Source of the DNA: Steroidobacteraceae bacterium
GTDB taxonomy: Bacteria; Pseudomonadota; Gammaproteobacteria; Steroidobacterales; Steroidobacteraceae
Direction of reading: 5' to 3'
Length of the DNA stretch: 45,564 bases
NCBI GenBank assembly: GCA_036554765.1
Contig: DATBMQ010000126.1
Span: 1-45,564, forward strand
Every line of letters starts with the position of its first letter. Position 1 is the first letter of the stretch. This document shows positions 8,613-16,351 of the stretch, in pieces. The notes below the pieces were generated by a model. That model saw only the letters and a list, made by a program, of their open reading frames with translations. It was not told the DNA's origin and ran no database searches. Both the position numbers and the translations under genes were made by a program.

Positions 8613-9761
8613 TCAGTTCACCTGGACCTGGGTGGGAGGATTGGGCGGCACCGCGCTCGAGGCCGACAGCCGCAGGGCATAGGCATTGTTCTCGACCGAA
8701 TTGACCACGACGAACACGCCGGATGCCGGCGAGTACGCGAACCGGCCGTAGGTGCCGTTGCTCAATGCCGCTCCAGGCCCGCCGGAATTCGTGATTGCCG
8801 TCCAGACCCTGGTATCGGGGTTGAGGCTGTAGACCGTGTTGCCGCCGTCCCAGGCGACGATGCGGTCCGAGGCGGGATCGTAGGCGAGCCCGATGGCGCC
8901 GCCCTGCATTGCGCTGGTGGCGCCCGAGGTGCTCCACACCTGGCGCGCGTAATTGCTGCCGGCGGCCAGGCTGTACGCGTACACCCTGCCCTCACCGACG
9001 ATGACGAACAGCTTGCGCTTGGTGTCGACGGTGGCGGTCAGCGACTGGCCCAGGCTCTGGGCTGACGAAAGCCGTGCGTAGGTGTTGGTCTCGAAGGTGT
9101 ACGAATACAGGTACTGCGCATCGTGGATGTAGACCTTGCGCGTGTCGGGATCGTAGGCGGCGACGCGGCCGTAGTTGGCCTCGGGACTCGGGCCCGACGG
9201 ATTCATGCGTTGCCACTGCATGGTGGCAAGGTTCAATGTCCACGTGTCCCCGAGCATCCAGCCGCAGGGAACGCCGGATCCGCCGAACGCAAACATCCGG
9301 TCGGCGTGCGCGATGTAGGCGAGGTGATTGTAGGTGTGGCGCGATACGGGCGTTCCGTCCGGCATGCTGCCGCTGTGCTCGCAGCTCGACGGCGGGTTGA
9401 GGCTCGGGTTGTTCAGGCGCTTCATCGTCAGGTCGGTGAGGTCCAGTGCGTAGACCTCGTTGCCGAGGTAGTCCTGGTGTCCGCCGCCCCAGATCAGCAG
9501 CCGGTTGCGCGTCGTGTCAAAGGTCCCGCCGCCCCAGGCCTCGGTGACGTTGCGGCAGCCGCCATTGCCTTGCAACGACGGTACGTTCGGACAGACCGAC
9601 GCGATCCTGGTGTTCGCCAACTGGTGCCAGCCGGGCGCTGTCGGGATGGACTGTGCACGCGCGGGCGCGCAGACGGCCAGGGCAAGTGCGAGTACGGCGA
9701 GGTTGCCGCCGGTCGCGGCAAGCCGCGACCCACGGAATCGCTGGTTCGAATTTCCCGTCAT
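8613..9761 (-). CDS. Secreted Kelch-like beta-propeller protein, function unknown
   Basis: 382-aa ORF. The signal peptide is ...LAVLALALAVCAPARAQS. Repeated segments (LLIWGGGHQDY, MFAFGGSG, WTLNLATMQW, VYIHD, LFVIVGEG, IVAWDGG) resemble Kelch/galactose-oxidase blades. GGAG lies about 9 nt upstream of the ATG. Noncoding gaps flank the gene on both sides. Confidence 0.6.
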   Translation of the reverse strand: MTGNSNQRFRGSRLAATGGNLAVLALALAVCAPARAQSIPTAPGWHQLANTRIASVCPNVPSLQGNGGCRNVTEAWGGGTFDTTRNRLLIWGGGHQDYLGNEVYALDLTDLTMKRLNNPSLNPPSSCEHSGSMPDGTPVSRHTYNHLAYIAHADRMFAFGGSGVPCGWMLGDTWTLNLATMQWQRMNPSGPSPEANYGRVAAYDPDTRKVYIHDAQYLYSYTFETNTYARLSSAQSLGQSLTATVDTKRKLFVIVGEGRVYAYSLAAGSNYARQVWSTSGATSAMQGGAIGLAYDPASDRIVAWDGGNTVYSLNPDTRVWTAITNSGGPGAALSNGTYGRFAYSPASGVFVVVNSVENNAYALRLSASSAVPPNPPTQVQVN

Positions 9762-9902
9762 GGCCCTGCTCCCGCTGCTGCGATGGTCCCGCAGTTCCGG
9801 CGCGCGTGCCGCCGGCTCGCAGCGCAGTATCCGCCCGCGCCGGCTGCGCCACGGAGCCGGCGCTGTCTCAAATAGCAGACAACCCGCGGTTTGTGAACCA
9901 CG

Positions 9903-11216
9903 TCAAACATTTGTTCCGCCCGGGCGCGCCGGCACACCGGGACTGACCGGCTTTTCCGACCGCGGTTCCCCCGCGATCCTGTCCATCAACCCGGCGAGCA
10001 GGCGGGCCTGGTGCGCGCGGCTCCATTGCCGTGCCACGTCGACCGGTACGCCGGCGGCGCGTCCCGCATGCAGGTCGGCGACAAACTTCGCCAGCCCTTG
10101 CTCGATCCCGGCCGCGTCCTGCATCGGGATGACGGCGGATTCGGGCAGCCCCGCCGCGCGCATGACGGTGGCCGTGTCCCCCTGCGGATCGGTCAGCCCG
10201 AGGATGGGGGTGCCGGCCCGGAAGTATTCGTAGAGCTTGGCCGGGGTCTGGTGATTGCAGTTGGACCCCTGGAAGACGAGCAGGCCGTCCGCGTCGATCA
10301 TCTCGCGCAGGGCTTCGTCGTACGGCAGCGCCGGGGCCAGCTGCACGATGTCGGCCACGCCGAATGCCCTGGCCACACCTTGATAATGCCGATCGTGGCC
10401 GCAGGCCCGCAGTCTCACGCACAAGCGCTCGAACCCGGGCTCGCGCCGTGCCCTCAGCTGCGCCAGCGCGCGGAAGAATGCCGTGGGGTCGCGATCGACC
10501 GGATCCAGCAGGCCGCTGTGCAGCAACAGTACCTGGCCCTCCGGGTGCGGAGCGCGCCTCGCGGCGGCCACATCCACCTGGGCGAAGTGGCCTTCGTCAT
10601 AGCCATTGGGTATGAGGTGCCAGCGATCGGCCGGCACCTCCGGGTACCGGTCCGCATACATGCTGGCCGCGCCAGCGCTCGTAAACACGACTGCACGGGC
10701 CTGGCGCACTGCCTTCGATTCGATGGCCCGCAGCTGGCGGCGCAGCGAGGGATCCGGCGGATAGCCGTCTTCCGTCATGCTGTCCCTCAGGTCCAGGATC
10801 CCTGGAATCCCCGTCCACCGCGAGATGATCCGGCCTCCGACCACGGCGGTCGGGATCGGGAACGTGGACCAGACGAGATCGGGTTTCCAGGACGCGCATT
10901 CCGCGATCCCGCGCGCAACCAGGCCCGGCAGCCAGGTCGACCAGCGATCCGGCCGCGCCAGGATTCCCGGATACGATCCGCGGATCGCCAGGTGCCGCGC
11001 GACGTCCAGGCAGGGCGGGCGCCTGACCACCACGTCCGCCGGGATGTCGCCCATCTGCTCGTCGCTCACCACCGGATACGCGCGGCGCCAGGCGGTCAGG
11101 ATGCGCGGCTGCCAGCCGAAGCGGCCGAGCTCGCGCGCGAAGCCTAGCGTCCGCTGCAGCCCGCTGCTGCCCTTCATGGGCGGGAAGTGAAACGCGATCA
11201 TCAGTACGCGACGCAT
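9903..11216 (-). CDS. Glycosyltransferase, GT-B fold (group 1/GT4-like)
   Basis: The track ORF begins at GTG 11234. ATG 11216 gives MRRVLMIAFHFPPMKGSSGLQRTLGFARELGRFGW, a typical GT4 N-terminus. The C-terminal half carries PAKLYEYFRAGTPILG. Confidence 0.75.
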   Translation of the reverse strand: MRRVLMIAFHFPPMKGSSGLQRTLGFARELGRFGWQPRILTAWRRAYPVVSDEQMGDIPADVVVRRPPCLDVARHLAIRGSYPGILARPDRWSTWLPGLVARGIAECASWKPDLVWSTFPIPTAVVGGRIISRWTGIPGILDLRDSMTEDGYPPDPSLRRQLRAIESKAVRQARAVVFTSAGAASMYADRYPEVPADRWHLIPNGYDEGHFAQVDVAAARRAPHPEGQVLLLHSGLLDPVDRDPTAFFRALAQLRARREPGFERLCVRLRACGHDRHYQGVARAFGVADIVQLAPALPYDEALREMIDADGLLVFQGSNCNHQTPAKLYEYFRAGTPILGLTDPQGDTATVMRAAGLPESAVIPMQDAAGIEQGLAKFVADLHAGRAAGVPVDVARQWSRAHQARLLAGLMDRIAGEPRSEKPVSPGVPARPGGTNV

Positions 11217-11236
11217 GCCGCCCTGCCCGCCCACCG

Positions 11237-12394
11237 TCAGCGCCGCCCGCCGCGACCCACGGTCTCGACCTGCCGGTGCGGCCGCACGCGGCGGACCAGC
11301 GACTTGGCCAGGCCGACCCAGCGGCCCCTGGCGGTCGGCAGGAACACGTACAGGTTGTCGTGGACCCGCAGCTGGTCGGTCCAGTGCATCTTGTGGGGCA
11401 TCACGTCGCCGAGGAAGTCGAACTCCACGGCATCCGATTCAAATGCCTGCCGGATCGCCGTCGCGTTGACCGTCAGTCCCGGTGTCGCCGCGCTCAGGCG
11501 CTCGTCGAAGGACGTCTTCATCTGTCCGAGCCGCCCGCGCCACCGATAGCAGAGGCTGTAGGCCACTGCCGTGCCGCCGACGAACAGGACATTGGCGCTG
11601 AGCGCCTGCTTGCGCGCGAGCCACGGGAGCAACATGCCGTAATAGCGCTGTTCCTGCGCGCTCTCGCTGATCGCCATGCCGGCCCGGACTTTCCAGCTCG
11701 CACTCTCCACCTGGCTGATCAGCCCGAGCAGTTCCGCGACCTCGCCTGGCTGGGTGAAGAAACGCTCGGTCACCTCGCCATGGGCCGCGAGCGCCTTGCG
11801 CTTGCGCTTCAGGTTCTGGCGGAAGTTGGCGCTGCGCGTCGCGAGGTAGCCCTCCCACGAACCCGTCGTCGTGACGTAGGGCGACCGCACGCCGGGTACA
11901 CGCTCCATGCGCGCGCCGCGCGCGCCCGCAAAGGCGGTCGTCGCTGCGTCCGTCGCCCCGCCACGTTCGACCGACGGCACCAGCATCACGTCGCAGGGCC
12001 TGCCGGCGCCCTCCGCGACGGCGCGCAGCAATTCGACGCCGTGCTCGCCGATGAGCTCATGGTGGTAGGCCATCACCCGGTTGCCGGGCAGTTCCCGGAT
12101 GCAGACCCTCAGGCCGCACATCCAGGCGGACGAGTCCACGAATGCGGTGGCGCCTTCCAGGCCGCCCTCGCGGCGATACACGGCGGCGACGGACAGGCAA
12201 TGCCCCAGACCGGCGGTATCCGCGGCGATCAGCGACCATTCGGGCGAGACGCTCAGGTCGGCGAGCCCGGCATCGAAGCGTTCCGCCCACAGCCGGACCG
12301 CCAGCTCGATGTCGCTGCGCAACGTCAGTATCCGGGGGATCGTCATGGACTCGACTCGACGGTCCGGCGCACCGTGTGCCGGCGGACGATTCAT
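11237..12394 (-). CDS. GNAT-fold acyl/aminoacyl transferase, FemAB/CelD (BioF2-like) type, PEP-CTERM system-associated
   Basis: This is the real gene inside the 494-aa track ORF. ATG 12394 overlaps the upstream stop (ATGA); ATG 12346 is an alternative. RSANFRQNLKRKRKALAAHG and the C-terminal FDFLGDVMPHKMHW are typical of CelD/FemAB-like GNAT proteins. Confidence 0.65.
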   Translation of the reverse strand: MNRPPAHGAPDRRVESMTIPRILTLRSDIELAVRLWAERFDAGLADLSVSPEWSLIAADTAGLGHCLSVAAVYRREGGLEGATAFVDSSAWMCGLRVCIRELPGNRVMAYHHELIGEHGVELLRAVAEGAGRPCDVMLVPSVERGGATDAATTAFAGARGARMERVPGVRSPYVTTTGSWEGYLATRSANFRQNLKRKRKALAAHGEVTERFFTQPGEVAELLGLISQVESASWKVRAGMAISESAQEQRYYGMLLPWLARKQALSANVLFVGGTAVAYSLCYRWRGRLGQMKTSFDERLSAATPGLTVNATAIRQAFESDAVEFDFLGDVMPHKMHWTDQLRVHDNLYVFLPTARGRWVGLAKSLVRRVRPHRQVETVGRGGRR

Positions 12395-13098
12395 GGCGTT
12401 GCCGATCGTCCCTTCTCGAATGCCTCCTGCGATCGCCACTGGCCTTCGCGGATCAGCCGGTCGCGCAGGCCCGTCAGCGGGTGGCCCATGCCATAGGCAA
12501 TGGCCGCGTGCTCGTTGGCCTGGTCGTAGTCCTTGACGTCCGCATACAGCAGCGCGAGGTTGTAGTGCAGCTCCATCGAGGGACCCTCCTGCAACCTGAC
12601 GGCTTCGCGCAGTTGTTCGATGGCCTCCGTGTGCCGTCCCTTGCGCGCCAGGTACATGGAGTAAATCTGCCGCACGACGATGTCGTCCGGATAGCCGCGG
12701 ATCGCGCGGTCGAAGTAGCAATCCGCCGACAGGAAACGCATCTGCTTCCCGCCTTCCAGGAAGTACCGCGCCATCACGCGCAGCGCCCGGTGATGGTTGG
12801 GAAAGTGGAACAGGATGAAGTTGAGGTCCCCCAGGACCTCGTTCGTGGACTGCCCCCGGATCAACTGCTGCACGTCGGAGTTGAAATGAAAGGTGTTGAC
12901 GGTCTGCAGGTCGGCCGCGTTGGCCCGGTCGCGGTAGTCGAACGGGCCGATCGTGCCGCCACCGAGCTTGCCGCAGATGGCCTCACCGACCGCCACCGCG
13001 GCCGGCGGGTCGTCCTGTGGTTTCTCAGCCGCCGCAGCAGGCCCTGCGACTGCCGCAGCCGCCAGCAACGAGAGCAGGCGCGCGAAATGACGCTTCAT
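12391..13098 (-). CDS. Secreted TPR-like repeat protein
   Basis: ATG 13098 gives MKRHFARLLSLLAAAAVAGPAAAAE, a signal peptide. The C-terminal half has TPR-like helical repeats (YLARKGRHTEAIEQLREAVRLQEGPSMELHYNLALLYADVKDYDQANEHAAIAY). The upstream part of the track ORF (13099..13347) is Arg/Ser-rich and non-protein-like. Confidence 0.55.
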   Translation of the reverse strand: MKRHFARLLSLLAAAAVAGPAAAAEKPQDDPPAAVAVGEAICGKLGGGTIGPFDYRDRANAADLQTVNTFHFNSDVQQLIRGQSTNEVLGDLNFILFHFPNHHRALRVMARYFLEGGKQMRFLSADCYFDRAIRGYPDDIVVRQIYSMYLARKGRHTEAIEQLREAVRLQEGPSMELHYNLALLYADVKDYDQANEHAAIAYGMGHPLTGLRDRLIREGQWRSQEAFEKGRSATP

Positions 13099-13150
13099 GG
13101 CACGTGAACCCCGTTGGGTGTCAGAAAACGAGATACCCGGGCGGCGCCGG

Positions 13151-14002
13151 TCAGCGACATGGGACCGTCGCCTCCTGCGCCAGCCACTGCGCGCACGTGC
13201 GACAGGCGCTGTCCAGCACGGCCCGCTCCGAAAAAGTGTGGTCGGCCCCGGGCAGGTCACGGAGCGTGACACCCGGGCGGCCGACGGCCTGGCGCCACTC
13301 GGCCTGGCCGCGGCAGAGTTGCTCGAACTGCCGCGCGACCAGGTCATGCTCGCTCAGCAGGATCAATACCCTCCCCTGGAACGCGCGCAGGCCGGCCAGC
13401 ATCCGCTCCACGTAGGGTGTCGACCCGCCGCGATCGCGCGCGGCGACCAGGCGACGCCGCCAGTCCCTCACCGATGCCAGCAGGTCGACCTGCAGCGAAA
13501 GCAGCTTGCGCCAGAAACTCCGTTGCAGCAGCCGGCGACCGTAATAGTGACGGACATAGGCGTCGGCCTCGCGCGCCTCCGAGTGAACCCAGGGATTCAC
13601 CAGCACCAGGCCATGGATCCTCGGGTCCCTGCAGCCATGCATCAGGATGGCGGACGCACCGTCGCACAGGCCCCACAGCACCAGCCTTTCCAGCGACGGC
13701 ACGCAGCGCTGGAACTCCGCGATGCCGGCGGCGATGTCCTGCGCCGCATGCTCGAATCCCGGCGACTGCGCCGCGCTGTCCCCCATGCCACGCATGTCGA
13801 AGCGCATGACCGGATAGCCGTTGCCGGCCAGTTCGCGCGCCAGCAGCGTGAACTGGCGATGGCTGCCGACGCGGTACTGCGGCCCGCCCACGATGACGAG
13901 CACGCCGGTCACGGGAGCGTCCGCTGCGGGTCGATGCAGGACGCCGACCAACGGCTCGCCAGCGCATGCGAACACGACCGCCTCCTCCGGGGTGCCAGTC
14001 AT
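13151..14002 (-). CDS. Alpha/beta-fold 'hydrolase 1, exosortase A system-associated' type
   Basis: This is the real gene inside the 544-aa track ORF. ATG 14002 overlaps the upstream stop (ATGA). Motifs: MTGTPEEAVVFACAGEPLVGVLH..., VIVGGPQYRVGSHRQF, FDMRGMGDS, nucleophile elbow LWGLCDGAS, and PGADHTF near the C-terminus. Confidence 0.8.
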   Translation of the reverse strand: MTGTPEEAVVFACAGEPLVGVLHRPAADAPVTGVLVIVGGPQYRVGSHRQFTLLARELAGNGYPVMRFDMRGMGDSAAQSPGFEHAAQDIAAGIAEFQRCVPSLERLVLWGLCDGASAILMHGCRDPRIHGLVLVNPWVHSEAREADAYVRHYYGRRLLQRSFWRKLLSLQVDLLASVRDWRRRLVAARDRGGSTPYVERMLAGLRAFQGRVLILLSEHDLVARQFEQLCRGQAEWRQAVGRPGVTLRDLPGADHTFSERAVLDSACRTCAQWLAQEATVPCR

Positions 14003-14841
14003 GTTGGACCCGCCAGAGCGGCGATCGTGCCGTCGACCAGCGGGCGGTTGACGACGATCTCGGTGGCGGCCCAGAACGGTTCGCCTGCGACCGCCAGGGG
14101 CGAGACGCGCACGCCCAAGGCGCGCGCCTGTTCGATCGCGCGGCCTGCTGCGTCCGGCATCGCCGGCGGATCCGACCTGGCCACTTCCATCCAGCACAGC
14201 TCGCCCAGGGCCGGCGAGATGATGTCTGCCAGCCGGATGCGGTCGATCCGGTCTGCGAGCCTCGGCCCCAGCGCGTAGCCCGCGATCTCCAGGACATCGC
14301 CGGCCGTCATGCGTGCCCGCAGGCTGGTCGTCGTTTCCGCCGGGCCATCGGACACCATTGCCGCCGCCACCCGCAGCCTCAGGAATTGCGTCAGGTACGT
14401 GCGCCCGTCCGCTACCGGGGCCCAGAATACTGCGTGGGAGATCGGCTCCGGCAGCTCGCGCACTGCCTCGGCGGCCAGCGCGCAGCCCAGGCGGATGCCG
14501 AGCATGGCGTCCACCGGCCAGCCCTGCGCAGCGGCCCATGCCGCCGTCGCGACGATGTCCCGCCGCCAGGCGTCCCAGTCGGCGTCGCGGAACTCGCCGT
14601 CGCTGTCGCCGGTGCCGCCCAGGTCCGGCAGGACCGTGGCGATGCCACGGGTCGCCAGCCGGTCCGCCAGTTGCGCAATCGACGGTCGCGACTTGTTCAT
14701 CTCCTCCGCAAATGGCGGGACCACGAGCACGCAGCGGCCCGTGACCTGCCCGGGAAACCGCGCCACGACCAGGATCCTGCCGCAAGCGCCATCGATGAAC
14801 CGGGCGACCAGCCGGTGCCGGCTCAATGTGACTGCTTCCAC
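13999..14841 (-). CDS. Alpha/beta-fold 'hydrolase 2, exosortase A system-associated' type
   Basis: 280-aa ORF. The GTG start at 14841 overlaps the ACP 3' end by 19 nt; TTG at 14826 is an alternative. Motifs: VVPPFAEEMNKSR, DLGGTGDSDGEF, MLGIRLGCALA, GEPFWAATE. Confidence 0.75.
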   Translation of the reverse strand: MEAVTLSRHRLVARFIDGACGRILVVARFPGQVTGRCVLVVPPFAEEMNKSRPSIAQLADRLATRGIATVLPDLGGTGDSDGEFRDADWDAWRRDIVATAAWAAAQGWPVDAMLGIRLGCALAAEAVRELPEPISHAVFWAPVADGRTYLTQFLRLRVAAAMVSDGPAETTTSLRARMTAGDVLEIAGYALGPRLADRIDRIRLADIISPALGELCWMEVARSDPPAMPDAAGRAIEQARALGVRVSPLAVAGEPFWAATEIVVNRPLVDGTIAALAGPT

Positions 14842-15074
14842 GAGACGAAATCGGCGAGGGTGCCCAGGGTCCTGAACGTGTCGGCCGACACCTCGTCGTC
14901 CGCGACGGCGAATCCGAACTCGTCCTCGATCATCGTCAGGACGGTCACGACCGCCATCGAATCGAACTCCGCAATGTCGCCGAGCAACCCGCTCTCCCGC
15001 GTCAGGCGCCCGGCGCGTTCCCCGAGCTGCAGTGCGTCGCGCAGGATGCGCTTCAGGCGGTCCGTCACGTCCAT
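14823..15074 (-). CDS. Free-standing acyl carrier protein
   Basis: 83 aa, acidic. GDIAEFDSMAVVTVLTMIEDEF contains the DSx phosphopantetheine-attachment serine in the usual helix-2 context. Confidence 0.85.
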   Translation of the reverse strand: MDVTDRLKRILRDALQLGERAGRLTRESGLLGDIAEFDSMAVVTVLTMIEDEFGFAVADDEVSADTFRTLGTLADFVSWKQSH

Positions 15075-15086
15075 CGCTTCATTCCT

Positions 15087-16250
15087 TCAGCCCTGGCCGG
15101 CAGCGGCATCGCGCGCGCGGGCGGAGTTCCAGGTCGTATAGGTCTTGCCGCGCCATGCGTCCACGATGCCGGCCGCGCTCGCCACGTTGACGAGCGCGAA
15201 ATAGAAGGGCACCGACACCAGCGCCGGCAGTGACCGGCGATTGCGCAATGCCAGCCCGGCCAGCGCCAGCAGGTAGCATGCGGCCTGCAGCGCCAGCGAC
15301 AGCTGATACACGGGCCCCTGGTCCAGCAGCGCGGCGTTCGCCGCCAGCAGGACGCCGAGGAAGAACGGCACCAGCCAGCGCAGCAGCTTGTGCGAGATCA
15401 GCATGACGGAGAACATGCCGAACCGCAGCGGGTTCAGCAGTTCGCGCATGCGCATCGTGGCGCGCCAGGCCCGGTTGACGATCCGGACCTTGCGGCGAAA
15501 CTCCTTGTGGAAAGTGTCGGCGGCGCGCTCATAGGAGCGGGCGGCCGGCTCATACACGCAGCGGTGGCCCGCGCGGACCACCTGCAGGGGATTCACGAAA
15601 TCCGACAGGGCGTCCGGCGGCATCGGCGCATACAGTTGCCGGCGCACGGCGTAGATCGCGCCGTCCCCGCCCACGGCCGATCCGACCTGCGATTCGAGCA
15701 GCTTGATGGCCGTTTCGTATCGCCAGTACAGGCCTTCGCTGTGCTCCGATGCCGCCGCGGGATCGACGTAGGTGGATTCGCCGACGACCGCGCCGACCCG
15801 GGGATCGGCGAAATTCCTCACCAGCATGGCGATCGCATCGGGCCGGTACAGCGCATTCGCGTCGGAAAAGACGACCACCTCGCCGGTTGCGCGCGACATC
15901 GCCGCATTGAGCCCCGCGGTCTTGCCTCCACGCGCCGCCATCCGCAACAGCTCGACGCCGTCGGCGGCGAACTCCGCGACCACCTGGTCGGTACCGTCGT
16001 CCGACGCATCCGAGATCACCAGCACCTGCAGCTTGCCGCGCGGGTACTCGAGCTCCAGCGAGTTGCGGAGCTTGGCGCCGATCACGTCCTGCTCGTTGTA
16101 GGCGGATATCATCAGCGTCACGGCCGGCTGCCCGACCCCGCGCCGAGGCTCGCGCGGCCCGCGCACGCGGCGGATCGCCCACAGCAGCAGCGGGTAGCCG
16201 ACGTACACGTACGCGATGACGGCGGCCGCCGCCCAGAACAGGATTTTCAT
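15087..16250 (-). CDS. Membrane-embedded family 2 glycosyltransferase (synthase-like)
   Basis: ATG 16250 gives MKILFWAAAAVIAYVYVGYPLLLW, a TM helix. This is followed by LMISAYNE, VISDASDDGT, VVFSDANA, RIVNRAWR (QxxRW-like) and C-terminal TM helices. The 52-codon upstream extension in the track ORF runs into the AT-richer intergenic DNA. Confidence 0.8.
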   Translation of the reverse strand: MKILFWAAAAVIAYVYVGYPLLLWAIRRVRGPREPRRGVGQPAVTLMISAYNEQDVIGAKLRNSLELEYPRGKLQVLVISDASDDGTDQVVAEFAADGVELLRMAARGGKTAGLNAAMSRATGEVVVFSDANALYRPDAIAMLVRNFADPRVGAVVGESTYVDPAAASEHSEGLYWRYETAIKLLESQVGSAVGGDGAIYAVRRQLYAPMPPDALSDFVNPLQVVRAGHRCVYEPAARSYERAADTFHKEFRRKVRIVNRAWRATMRMRELLNPLRFGMFSVMLISHKLLRWLVPFFLGVLLAANAALLDQGPVYQLSLALQAACYLLALAGLALRNRRSLPALVSVPFYFALVNVASAAGIVDAWRGKTYTTWNSARARDAAAGQG

Positions 16251-16263
16251 GATAGAAGTACCA

Positions 16264-16272
16264 AGAATATCA
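16264..16272 (-). promoter_or_regulatory. Candidate extended -10 element (TGaTATTCT) for the GT2-ACP-hydrolase run
   Basis: The minus strand reads cTGaTATTCT followed by 13 nt (tggtacttctatc) and then ATG 16250. No SD is visible, so a very short or absent leader is implied. Confidence 0.3.
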
Positions 16273-16277
16273 GACCC

Positions 16278-16307
16278 TTGCGATTGACTCCTCAGTCCCG
16301 TCAAAAT
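16278..16307 (+). promoter_or_regulatory. Candidate sigma-70 promoter TTGCGA-N18-CAAAAT for the Cys-less AsnB-like gene
   Basis: -35 TTGCGA at 16278..16283, an 18-nt spacer, and -10 CAAAAT at 16302..16307. This is the AT-richest patch of the 101-bp divergent gap, about 45 nt upstream of ATG 16352. Confidence 0.3.
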
Positions 16308-16351
16308 CCTCCCGTGGCGCCCGCGATCCGGGCGGGAGGCCGGGGTCGGGC

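Noticed and set aside
9743-9758. GGTTCGAATTTCCCGT, which resembles the tRNA-Glu T-arm/3' end (GGTTCGAATCCCCGT) and could be an att-site remnant
   Set aside because: It lies inside the N-terminal coding sequence of the Kelch-like gene (codons for SNQRF on the opposite strand). Its orientation is opposite to the tRNA and the match is only partial. This is most simply chance.
9869-9897. Possible sigma-70 promoter TTCACA-N17-TATTTG (minus strand) upstream of the Kelch-like gene
   Set aside because: The -10 hexamer lacks the near-invariant final T and matches only 3 of 6 positions. That is too weak to report as a feature, although a promoter must exist somewhere in this 141-bp gap.
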